From Felis catus (Eukaryota), in the NCBI RefSeq assembly GCF_018350175.1, contig NC_058369.1, positions 21,020,001 through 21,084,000 on the forward strand: a DNA stretch of 64,000 bases, written 5' to 3'. The notes under the pieces are model-generated. The model was given only the letters and a program-made list of their open reading frames with translations, made no database searches and was not told the origin of the DNA. Below are positions 1 through 12,000 of the stretch, piece by piece (position 1 is the stretch's first letter; each line of letters opens with the position of its first letter). The translations under genes were made by a program, and so were the position numbers.

Positions 1-88
1 ACCCTTGAAGGCCAAGTGCCTGGGGCCCACAGAAGTCATAATTCAGCCCTGGGCAGGGCTCCCTCCTGACTTCCTGCCTCCACTCCAG

Positions 89-3000
89 GAGCCTTCAAGA
101 ACCTGGTGGACATCAACTTTGTCTGTGCCATGGGCCCCCCAGGTGGAGGCAGGAATGCCATCACCCCACGGCTGATGCGCCACTTCAACTACCTGTCCTT
201 TGTTGAGATGGATGAGGTCAGCAAGAAGCGCATCTTCTCCACCATCCTGGGCAGTTGGATGGGTGAGCCTTGGGCAGAAGTGGGGGAGGCCATGGGCAAA
301 GGCAGAAGCCCAAGCAGATAAACTACTCCTAGGACAGCCGGGCAGCTGCTGGAAAGGGGGGAGTGGTTGAGGCACTGACCTCAGCCCTGGATTCATCCTT
401 TACTCAGCTATGTCACCACTGGCAAATTTGTGAACCTCTCTGAGCCTCAGTTTCTCCATCTGTATAATGGATGATGATATTAGAGTCCACCACCCCAAGT
501 TGTGAAGGTTAAATAAGACATTGCACGTAGCATCTAGCATGAAGCCTGGCACTTGGGGATTACTGAATATATGATTTATACACTTGTATGCTTGTGACTT
601 CACCTGCATATGCACACACATACATGTCAGTACTTACCTAGAAAAGCTGGTGGAAGGATGTTACTTTTATAAGTCAGGAAAAGCCACCAAGATAGAATGG
701 ACAAAGTGGCCCTGATCTTCCATGGGGTTTGGGGAAAAGTCTGCATCAGGATGCAGTTTCCCTCACCAGCCCACCTCCTATCTAACATACATTCTGACCT
801 TTGAACTCCCCTTGGCACTGTGCCAGGTGGTGGGGGATGGGAGTCAGGTCTTCCCTCCTGTGGCCTGGCCTGCCCTGCCCCCAGGGGTGATAGGTCAGAA
901 CCTGCCTACAGGCCCAGCTTGTGGGGGTGGGGGGGGCACATTGCTCTGAGGAGGGTGGGTAGCAGGTAGCTGCTCTGGGAGCTGCCCAGCTCAGCTCAGC
1001 TGGCCAAGGTGGGCAGCAAGGGACCCACCTAAGTTAGACCCCCATGTCTCTCCCTCAACCCTCTAGATGGACTCCTCGGGGAGAGAAGTTACCGGGAGCC
1101 CGTGCGTAAGTGCAGGCCCAGACAGGCCCTGGCTGGGGTGAGGTGCTGGTTCCAGGGGGAGCCCTGGGCTCCAGTTGGGTGGGGCTAAGGCTGGGTCGCA
1201 GTGGCCACAGTGAACCATCCTCAGGCTCATGTGAGGGCCTTAGGCTATAGCCAATGCCTTTGTAGGCTCATTCAACTATTCGTACAGCAGCCAGTCCTTC
1301 GGTGCCTGGGTTATGTCCATCTTGCAGTAGAAGCAAAGTTCTACTTTGTTCAGTAGAGTTCAGGGAGTTCAGTGAATGAGCTCCCACCCTGTGTAAAGAA
1401 GCAGAGGCTCCAAAGAGGCTGGCCCTCTCCGAGGAGCAGGCATCTCCAGTGTGGCAGCCTCACACAGGACGGATCTGTCAGTCATTGCTGCAGGGCGACT
1501 GACTGCCTCAGGCCTTCAGACCCACCCCACATCCCACCTCTTCCCCTACCTCAGCTGAAAGAGGCCATCAGAAAACAGCGCCCTCCTTAGGCCTCCATGT
1601 TCATTGCTCACCTGCACCCAGGCGCCCATTGGCCCTGTCTTCTCTCTTGTTGCTGGGAACGGACTGCCCTGCTCCCAGACAAGGTCAAAGAGTCCTGTTC
1701 TTAAGCCTGAATCCCACCCCCAGATTGTGTGCCGGAGGACGTGGCTCCACCTCCCAAAACACTGCATAAGTACCCACATATGTGTGTGGCCCTTCTCCAC
1801 TGGGCCATTCCATCAGCAAGCAGACATGTCCCCCATCGTAACACAAAACCCCAAACAGCCACTCTGGGCCCCTTCCCATCCTGGCCATCACTCTATTTCT
1901 CTGCTCACGTTGACAGCACAGCTCAAGAGCATTGTCTCTTCATGCTGGCACCAGCCGCCCCTCCCACTTTCCCTCATGCCCCACCACTCCCCAGAGAGTG
2001 CCCTTGCCACCAGCGGCCTTGTGTGGCCAGACCAAAGGTCAGCTCTCAGTCCTCACATTCCCGGGCTGTCACTGTCAGTGGAGGGTGGCCGCTCCTTCTC
2101 TCAGGTCACCACCCTCCACCCCCATTTCCCCACTCCACCCCAACCTCCCACCTGTCCATCTATCCATCTCCATCTGCAGCCAGAGGGACCCATTCAAATG
2201 TTCATTCGGATCACACTCCTCCGCTGCCCAATTGCAGACAAGAGCCCAAGTCCCAACAGTGGCGGATGGGGCCATCCCTGCCCCTTGTCACCTCTCTGCT
2301 CTCACCCGCTCCTCACTGTCCTGGGCCTGCTTATGCCTCCCTTCCTCAGCTGTCTGCTTCAGTGCCCCTCCTCACAAGGCCTCTCCCAGCATCATGCCGA
2401 ATGCCCCTAGCCCTGCCCCCCCCCCCCCGCCCCCAACACCTCTCTCCTGCGGCAGGCCTCTCCATAGCTCTTTACTGTCTGCTCTGATGCACATCTGTTC
2501 GTTCCCTGCCTCCCCACAAGAATGGCAGCTTCAGGGTGATGAGTGTGTCTGTTGGGGCTGCCCTCTGTGCCCAGGGCCTAGAACAGTGCAGTGCCTGTGT
2601 TAATAGATGAGCCCCTCTGTGGGGCTGATGAGTTCTTCTGCCCCTTCTTTACTTTTTTCCACTTCAGGGGATTGATTCCCTCTGCCCCAAGTTCCCACTG
2701 ACAGCATTTTGGTTCCCAGCAAAGAATTGAGTAGATTTTATTTTATTTTATTTTATTTTATTTTATTTTATTTTATTTTATTTTATTTTATTTTATTTTT
2801 CAACGTTTTTATTTATTTTTGGGACAGAGAGAGACAGAGCATGAATGGGGGAGGGGCAGAGAGAGAGGGAGACACAGAATCGGAAACAGGCTCCAGGCTC
2901 CGAGCCATCAGCCCAGAGCCTGACGCGGGGCTCGAACTCACGGACCGCGAGATCGTGACCTGGCTGAAGTCGGACGCTTAACCGACTGCGCCACCCAGGC

Positions 3001-6000
3001 GCCCCATGAATTGAGTAGATTTTAAAGAACAATAAAACAGATTATGTTAGTAATGAAAATGCAGACTAGTGGGTTGCAGCAGCTCTGGGGGGCTGGTAAG
3101 CCCTGCAGGTCACGGCTGACTCCAGGCCCCGCACATCCCCCTTGATGCCCTCCTGAAGCTTATGTGGACCATGTGACCCTCCCCTGCTTGGCTCAGAGCC
3201 GGCATGTTTCAGGTGTGGGGGACAGCCCCACTGGCACTGACTCCCCTTGTTCCGTGTGTGTGTCCCAGTGCCCCAGTGCACAATGGCCTGTGTCGGTAAT
3301 GAGGATGTACAAGTGAGGAGCTCAGAGCAGGAGATTCCTCACCCCAAGCTAGGGGACATCAAGAAGAACTTGTGGAAGAGGTGGCATCGAAGAGGATCTA
3401 AAGGGTGGGTGCAAGTGAGGCCCGCAGGCTGGGGAAAGGGCATCTGGGGGAGAACACGGCATTGGCAAGGGCAGGGGGTTAGGATCCACAGAGGCTGCAC
3501 TGGAGCCCCCACCTGTGTGACCCACGTCCACCCTCCTGTTCCCACAGCTGGGGCCCCCACCATCACTCAGTTTGCGGACCCCCTCGTGGAAGCCACCATC
3601 ACGGTATACTCCACCATCACCTCCCAGCTGCTGCCCACCCCAGCCAAGTCCCACTATACCTTCAACCTGAGGGACCTTTCCAAGGTCTTCCAGGGAATAC
3701 TCATGGCCGACCCGGCTAAGGTCGAGGTGAGGATCTGGTAGGATCCCTTCCCAGTGTCCAGCAGAGGAGTACCCACCATGACTTCACAGTCCTCACCAGC
3801 CCCTCAGTTTTAGGCCTTACTGCTCAAACACTGCCCAGCCTTGATCTGGCCAGGCCCTGAGTGGGGCTGGAGGCATGGTGGGCTCCAGACCCCCTGCCTT
3901 CCTATAGCTGAGTCCAGATCCATGCTTAGAATGGCAGTGGTGTTGGGGCTCACACAAAAGAGGGAGCCAGGGCAAAGAAAGGGAGAGAAAGGTTCCTGTT
4001 GGAGGCCCTGTGTGGGAGAAGATTTGGGAGGAAGAATGAGTGGGATGCACTCCAGGAAACAAATGCTCCAGTGGAAAGAGCAGGACTGTAGCAGGGAGTG
4101 GGCTGTCTGGTGTGCTGGGTGGGCTGGGGCAGACTGTGAGCTGTGGGGGCCGCAGGATCCTGAAGGTGATGGGAACCATGGGTTTGGGTGGGAGACAGAT
4201 TTGCACTTGGAATGGGGGTGGGTTTGGTCAGTGCGTGCAGAGCCTGGTCTGCACAGGGAGACTCAGTGAACAGGACAGATGCCAGACTTGGCCTTGGCCA
4301 AGCTATAGCCAAAGAGGTAGAGAGAAGGGCCTGGGAGCTTCCTGAAGGTCAGCTACTCACCCAGGGAGAGGCAGGAAAGCTGGGATGGAGGTGGCAACAG
4401 ACATAGAAATGGGAGCAGAATCTGAGGGGCTTGCTGAGTGGCTAGATGTGGGGCGTTAGGAAGGAGAATTGGGCATTCCTCCCCAGCTTGGGGTTTGAGG
4501 AATCGTGGGGGCCCTAGTGGAGCTGGGTCCCAGTAGGCACTTGGCCTTCTGAGACTGGATCTGGGGGTGGAGAGGCACAGGCGTGAGGCACAGCCCCATG
4601 CAGGACGTGGTCCTTGGCCGGCTGCCCTGTGTGCAGCCCTGCCCGGGACTCTGGGGGAAGAGGCAGGTGCTGATGCCAGGATGGCTGCAGGACAAGGTAC
4701 AGCTGCTACGACTGTGGTACCATGAGAGCTGCCGCGTGTTCCGCGACCGCCTGGTGAACGAGGAGGACCGTGGCTGGTTCGACAAACTACTGGAGAGCCA
4801 CATGGAGTACTGGGACGTGGCCTTTGTTGAGGTCTGTCCCTTCCAGCCCATCCTTTATGGGGACTTCATGTCGCCAGGCTCTGATGTCAAGTCCTATGAG
4901 CTCATCACCAGCGAGAAGAAGGTGAGGGGCCCGGCTGAGGCCTACTCCTCCTGGGGCCCTTCATGCTGCCCCCCGGGACCCAGGCCCTCTGCAGCACTGC
5001 TAACAGACCTGCGTGCTGTGGCTGGAGGGTCAGGACACTGACTTTGAAGGCCAGCACTTGGCTCTCTGGGTCTCATTTCCTTTGTCAAAAGGGTGTAGCA
5101 GGCCTTCGTTGGCCCACCTCTGAGGATGAGCCTGTGGTTCATTTGAGACGGGCTCTGTAAACAGGGACATGCTGTACCTGTTGGAGGGGCTATCATCCTG
5201 CCCTCAGAGGGGCAGCAGGGCCCCTGGGGTCATAAGTCTGAGTCATGACCCCAGGGAGATATGGAAGAGACCCCGTCAGGGGTCTCAGAGCTGCGTGGCT
5301 GGCGTGGCCTTCCTGATGGTTTCCCTCCACACACATCCCCTCCTTGTTCCTAGGAGCTCCCACCAGAGTCATGGGTCAGTACACTTGTTAAAACCCAGAG
5401 GAAACAGACAGGGCTGTGACCCCATGCCTCAGGCCTTGGTGTATCCAACAGGTCGGGCCTTATGTAGGTGGAACTGGCTTCTGAAGGCACAGCGCTCTTC
5501 CAAGCACAGAGGAAGGGGTGTGCTTTCTGTTGGGGGCCCTGGTTCACAGAGACCGAGAGAGGACCCAGATCTCCCCATCCTCCCTGCCCCAGATGATGCA
5601 GGTGATTGAGGAGTACATGGAGGACTACAACCAGATCAACACAGCCAAGCTGAAGCTGGTCCTCTTCATGGATGCCATGAGCCACATCTGCCGCATCAGC
5701 CGCACCCTGCGCCAGGCGCTGGGCAACGCGCTCCTGCTGGGTGTGGGTGGCAGTGGCCGCAGCTCCCTCACTCGGCTGGCCTCGCACATGTGAGGGCCCC
5801 CAGACATGGTGGGCAGTGGGTGGCTGGTGGCAGGCTATTGGTTCCATTTATGTTCTTCCACAGATGGGGGAGCCTCGGGCCGCCCCGGGCCAGGACCCCC
5901 AGCCATGGGCTTCTGAACACACTGGGAACAGGAACTAGGCCCCAAGGAGAGGCAACAGCAGTACCCTGTGGTGCTGTGGGGAGGGAAATGTGGCTGCAGA

Positions 6001-9000
6001 CATCCAAGAGGGATTCCTAGATGAGACGGCTATAGGCTTTCTCTCAGAATCAGAGCTGGGAGGATGGAAGGAAAGGGCATTCCAGGCCATGGGAACAGCT
6101 TAAGCCAAGGTCTGAAGGCAAGAGAGCATGTTCAGGGCCTGGAGAGTCTGCAGATCTGCCCAGGAAGGGGGCCAGACTCCAGATGGCTGGGGTGGGGTGT
6201 GGGCACCCACCACTCAGCACTTGGCCTCAAGCTCTGGTAGGCCTCCACCCAAACTCCTGTCTCTAGGGCTGAGTACGAGTGCTTCCAGATTGAGCTATCC
6301 AAGAACTACGGCATGACCGAGTGGCGTGAAGATGTCAAGAAGGTCTTGCTCAAGGCTGGCCTGTACAGCCTGCCCATCACCTTCCTGTTCTCCGACACCC
6401 AGGTGCCACTGCCATAGGCAATGGGCAGGGTCCAGGGTGGGGTGGCTATAACCCCATCCCAGTGTGGTATCCTATAAGGTGGTCAGTCCTTCAATCCCAG
6501 GTCACTGTCATTTGGGGTGGCTGTTTTGAGGGACAGCTGGGACTAGGGGTGAGGGAGCCCATAGTTGGGTGGGTCAGGTGCGTGGGGCCAAACCCAGCCT
6601 ATCAGGGTTAGGGAGATATAGATCACTACTAAACCCTAAGGGTAAAGAAGGCCCCTGGCACCATGGCTGACCACAAATGGCGCCACACTCACTGGCCAAA
6701 GGCTTCCCACCTTAAGGACCACAGGACTTGTGCCCAAAGTGCTGTGCCCGTGGTGCTCTATTTAGGGGCTGCTCCCTCTAGAGCTCCCTAGGCATGAGTA
6801 CTGTTACTAGGTCTCTTAAGAGAAGGTGAGGTTGTGGCTTTGGGGTCTCAAGACAAATACAGCAGCACTTAAACCTGGCTAAGGGTCAGAACTGGGCCAA
6901 GGCTGAAGTCCTGAAATATATCCCACCCTGTGCAGAGTCCTCTCTGTTCCCAGCCCTGCTTCTACCCCAGGGTCCCCTCATGTCATCTGGTAAGGACCTA
7001 TTTCTGCCCATGGCCTGGTTTTCTCCTGTAAACAGGAGGACTAAACAGGCATGGAGTGGCCTGAAAAGTGAGGAGTAAGGTGCCACATCTCCTACCCAGG
7101 ACCCAAGGCTCTTTCACAGCCCAGTGGTGATGTTCAGAGTCTCTGCTATAGGGCAGACCCGGATATGAGTCCTAGACTATGACTTATGGGGTCACTTGTA
7201 TGATCCTGGGCTTCTCTGCCCAGGTTTGTAAAATGGGGCTGCTGTGAAGGTCCAGGGAGACCAACGCCCAGGGGCCATCATCAAGGCTTAGCTTTTGCAC
7301 TCTCATCTCTCCCCAGATCAAGAATGAGTCTTTCCTGGAGGACATCAACAACGTCCTGAACTCGGGTGACATTCCCAACCTCTATACCTCAGAAGAGCAG
7401 GACCAGATTGTCAACACCATGCGGCCATATGTCCAGGAGCAGGGCCTGCAGCCCACCAAGGCCAACCTCATGGCCGCCTACACTGGGCGTGTGCGCAGCA
7501 ACATCCATGTGGTGCTGTGCATGAGGTACAAGCAGTCATCGCAGCCTGCTGTGGGGAGGGTTCTGGGCTCCTGGGGGTGGAAGTCAGCATCTCATTTGGA
7601 CTCCTGGCCCCCCAGCCCCATAGGAGAGGTCTTCCGAGCCCGCCTGAGGCAATTCCCCTCGCTGGTCAACTGCTGTACCATTGACTGGTTTAACGAATGG
7701 CCAGCTGAGGCCCTGGAGTCTGTGGCCACCATGTCCCTGAACGAGATCCCAGAACTGGAAGCCACCTCTGAAGTAATTGGAGGACTGGTAGGTGTCTTGG
7801 TGAGGAGCAAGCTGTCGTGGGGGAACTGTTTAGGCTTGGGACTCTCACCCAGGCTCAACACTGATGGGCGTTTGGGCAGGTGAGTTACCTGTGCTGAGCC
7901 TGTTTCCTCATCTGTATAATGGGGGTGCCACAAGACTGTCTCAGTGACATAGGTGGTTGGACACACACTTCACAGTCACTGTTTGTTTTGTTCCCTGAGA
8001 TCTTTATGGCAGCTTTCTTCACAGAGCCCCCTGACACAACCAAAGACCATGGATGGGGGACTAGATCTGTCTGGTCCAAACTGAGAGAGTGGTGGTCACC
8101 TGAGGTCCAAGAGCTAGAGTGAGTCCACTTCCCTGTCCAGATATGCTGAGGCCTTGGGCCCTCTGTTTCCCCTGGCCCAGCCTCCAAGGAAGGGGGGGTC
8201 CCACCTTAGGATTCTCAGGGAGAGGCAGGTCTTGGGAGCTGTGACCAGGGAAAGATCTGGGAGAGACCTGAGTCCATTTAAAGGCAGCCCTGCCCTTGAC
8301 AGTTGTGTGAACTTAAACAAGCCCCTTGACTTCTCTGGGTTGTGGGATTTTCTGCAGAATAGGTGACCTTGACCCTGGAGGCTATGAGGATCATAGGAGA
8401 CAGTGAGTGTGAGAGACATTGAGGTTCTTACATGTGGCTCCCTCCTTGGGACTAGGCTGCAGTGGCTTTGAGGGCACCCCGGTGCCCTTTCTTTGCTGCT
8501 GGCATCAGTGGTTTCCCACCCCACAGATTCAGGTTTGTGTATATATCCACCAGTCGGTGGCCAAGAAGTGTGTCGAGTACCTGGCTGAGCTGGCCCGCCA
8601 CAACTATGTGACCCCCAAGAGCTACCTGGAGCTGCTTAATATTTTCTCCATCCTAATTGGGCAGAAGAAACAGGAGCTGAAAACTGCTAAGAACCGCATG
8701 AAGAGTGGCCTTGACAAGGTGGGCCACGGTGGGGCTTTGTGGGCAATGGCTGACAGCCCATGATTCTGCCTGCTCTGGCTTAGCCCAGACCCAGGGAGGC
8801 CCAGCCCACCCTCTCATCAGCAGCCTGCAGTGTTGAAATGGGTGGCTTCCTCCCTTACCAAACAAACAAATAAACAGAAGCTGTTGGACAAGGGCAAGGC
8901 CAAAGCAGGTTACCCCACAGATATTCAGGGGATGGCTCCCTTCCTCCAGGGTTCACTGGACAACCAGCCACAGCCTCTCACTCATGCATGAGGGCCTGTG

Positions 9001-12000
9001 GCCCTGCAGGAACCTCTCCCCAGGCCCCTCCAGGCCCAACTCTCTCTTTCTTTTGTCTTTTTTTTTTTTTCCAAGTAGGCCTCATGCCTAGCATGGAGCC
9101 CAACGGCGGGCTTGAACTCGAGACCCCGGGATCAAGACCAGAACTGAGATCAAGAGTCAGATCCTCAACCAACTGAGCCACACAGGCACATACCCCGGCT
9201 CTCTTTCTGGTACCCTGTCACACCTAATTTCCTCTCTGCATCCCCCGTCTCCTAGCTGCTGCGAACTTCAGAAGATGTGGCCAAGATGCAGGAGGAGCTG
9301 GAGATGATGCGCCCTCTGCTGGAAGAGGCTGCCAAGGACACCATGCTCACCATGGAGCAGATCAAGGTCAGGGGTGCTCCTTGGCTCTCTTCCCTGATGT
9401 CTGACCGTGTCTGAGGATGTTCAGTGTCCCCATGCAACCACAAGATCGCCAGCTGCCTGACCCTGCAGGTTGCTTAGCCTCTCAGTGCCTGTCTTCCTCA
9501 GACAGTAGTCATTGGTTTATTCAACAAGTGTTTGCTTGGAACCTATTCTATGCTGGGCACTGCCCTGGGGTAGGGGATGTGGTGAAAGCAAGAGAGGCAG
9601 CCCAAGCCGTGGTAGTCATGACACAGACTGAGCGGCAGGCCACCACAGGCAGCTGTGCGGACTCTGCCTGAGTCTCCCTCTGAGTCTTCGTGAGATCCCC
9701 AAATTCGAGGGCCGTGTCCTCCCAGCCGACATCTCAGATTCGTATGTTCGTTATGACAGCTTTCTGGTAGAAGCAGTCACATTCTGCTCTGCAATGTCAG
9801 TGTTTTGAAAATGTTTGCCAGCAGATGGAAAGAACGTGATGGGGGTAGGGGGAGCACCTTTCTCTGTCTTGCATGGCGGTACCCTAAGGGCTTAGGGGGT
9901 CCTTCCCTGGTGGGCAGTTGTGCTCAAGCACATAAAGCCCAGAGCCCCAATCCAGGCCCACTGTGAATACTCGGAATGGGCTTCTTACATTCCCAGAGCT
10001 CCATGGCCTGTCATAGCCAAGAGGGCCCTTGGAGAATGGGGTATCCCAGCCCTCATTTCCCTCTGCCTAGGGAAACTGAGGTGTGTAGGAAGGAGAAAGG
10101 GGTGGGGACACGTGTCCCTGGCATGCCACCAGCTGGGTCCTACCTGCCTTTGGTCTCCAGGTGGACACAGCCATTGCCCAGGAGACCCGAAATTCAGTGC
10201 AAGCAGAGGAGATCAAGGCCAATGAGAAGGCCAGGAAGGCACAAGCTATAGCTGATGACGCCCAGAAGGACCTGGATGAGGCCCTGCCTGCCCTGGATGC
10301 GGCCCTGGCCAGCCTGCGCAACCTCAACAAGAATGATGTGACTGAGGTGGGTGGCCAGGCAGCCCTGGAATCCCCCCTGGTGTCCAGCCTAGCACCCCTG
10401 GCCTCCAGGCCCCCTCTCTCCACATCCCTTGGGGGTCATGTGCTGGGAGGTGTGAGCAGAAATAGGGCTCAAACCCAGCTGCCTGCCCTTACCTCCTTGC
10501 ACCAGCCCCTAGGCCCTGAGCCAGCACATGGGGAGGGCTTTCGGTCCTAAGAAATCAGCCTCTAGCCCCATGGTCAAGCCTGGGTATATGGGGGAGCAGC
10601 AGGAGCCACAGGCCGAGGCAGACCTCAGGGAACATCTCAGAGAACATTTTGTCAACGGTGGTAGGAACTGGGTAGGTGAGGTCCACCTTATCTGACAGCT
10701 GTCCCTGCCCTGGGGGAATCCAGGCATTGATGGGTCTCCCCCACTCTTGGCCTGACCTGTAGGTGCGGGCCATGCAGCGGCCACCCCCAGGCGTGAAGCT
10801 GGTCATAGAGGCTGTGTGCATCATGAAGGGCATCAAGCCCAAGAAGGTGCCTGGAGAGAAGCCTGGCTCCAAGGTGGACGACTACTGGGAGCCCGGCAAG
10901 GGGCTGCTGCAGGATCCTGGCCGCTTCCTTGATAGCCTCTTCAAGTTTGACAAGGTGAGCATGCCAGGTGCAGCCTGGACAGTGGGTAAGGCAGGGAAGC
11001 AAGGAGAGGAGCCAACACCCCCACGGTGTAGGATTCTCTGTCCTGTCTCCCTCTGCTTGTAACACACACAGCCCTGTGGCCACAGGGGCGATAGGCAGGC
11101 TCCTGTCCCCATAAGATGTCACCCATAGTCACTCCAAAGCTCTGTAGCCTGGAGATCCCCTCTTGTGCCTTTTCCTCCCTGAGACCCCCATGGCCTTGGC
11201 CTAGACCTTCACTGTCTGTGCAACCATCGCCTTTCCCTCAGCCTCAGCTGAGGCTCAGCTTCTCCTGTCTGTCTCTGGGTTTCTCTGTCTGCTGTCTATC
11301 TGGGGCTCTTAGTGTCCATGCCCGTTTTCTCTCTCAGGAGGTGGCTTCATGGTTAGATCAGCCTGGAGCCCACTACTCTCTTGGGGGACCCTCTTCAGCC
11401 TAGCAGTTGGATAGGGGACAACTGCCTGTGCACACGGGCCACCCCCCACCACCATGTGTCAGTATCAGGCCCCGGACACTCCAGGTTGCACTGGGAGGGT
11501 GGAGACAATGGCCCATAGGCAGCTAGACTCCCTATAGACTTCCCCATCCTTCCTCCTCCTCTTCCATCAGTCTAGAAACCAGAGTCCCCACAGGCCTAAT
11601 TAGACCCAAATCAGGAGCACTCACAGCCAGTGGTCAGGCTCCCCTGCCTGGTCCCAGGCTCTGAACTCTGGGAGCTCATGAACCATGCAGATTACTGGGC
11701 TCATCCTAAACTACAGGTTTGGACTCTTCCACGGTGGGACAGGAACGTTGGGGGTGTGGTGAGCTCTCAGGATGAGGATTAATACCCTGAACATGACCCT
11801 GATTGGGCGTCAGAGTCACTCACTCATGTCCACACCGGTCAGGAAATAGCTCTTGTTGCTAAATGAATTTTAAATGGGGCTTGCATATCATCAGACCTCA
11901 AGCCTGCGTGGTTTCTCGAGGACAAAGTCTCTGATTGTATTATCTGAAATCCTGGAACACAGAAATTCCCCTTCCGACCAGCCTTTCTGGGCCATGATTA

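Noticed and set aside
1604..2603. Three overlapping long + strand ORFs (268, 252, 223 aa) in a DNAH1 intron
   Set aside because: Pro/Ser/Leu-rich with no recognisable domain, mostly non-ATG starts; explained by C-rich, stop-poor, probably L2-derived sequence.
2709..3032. ORFs and tRNA-like A/B boxes within SINEs (also 35835, 37779, 46102, 58174)
   Set aside because: These are the tRNA-derived heads of CanSINEs, not tRNA or protein genes.
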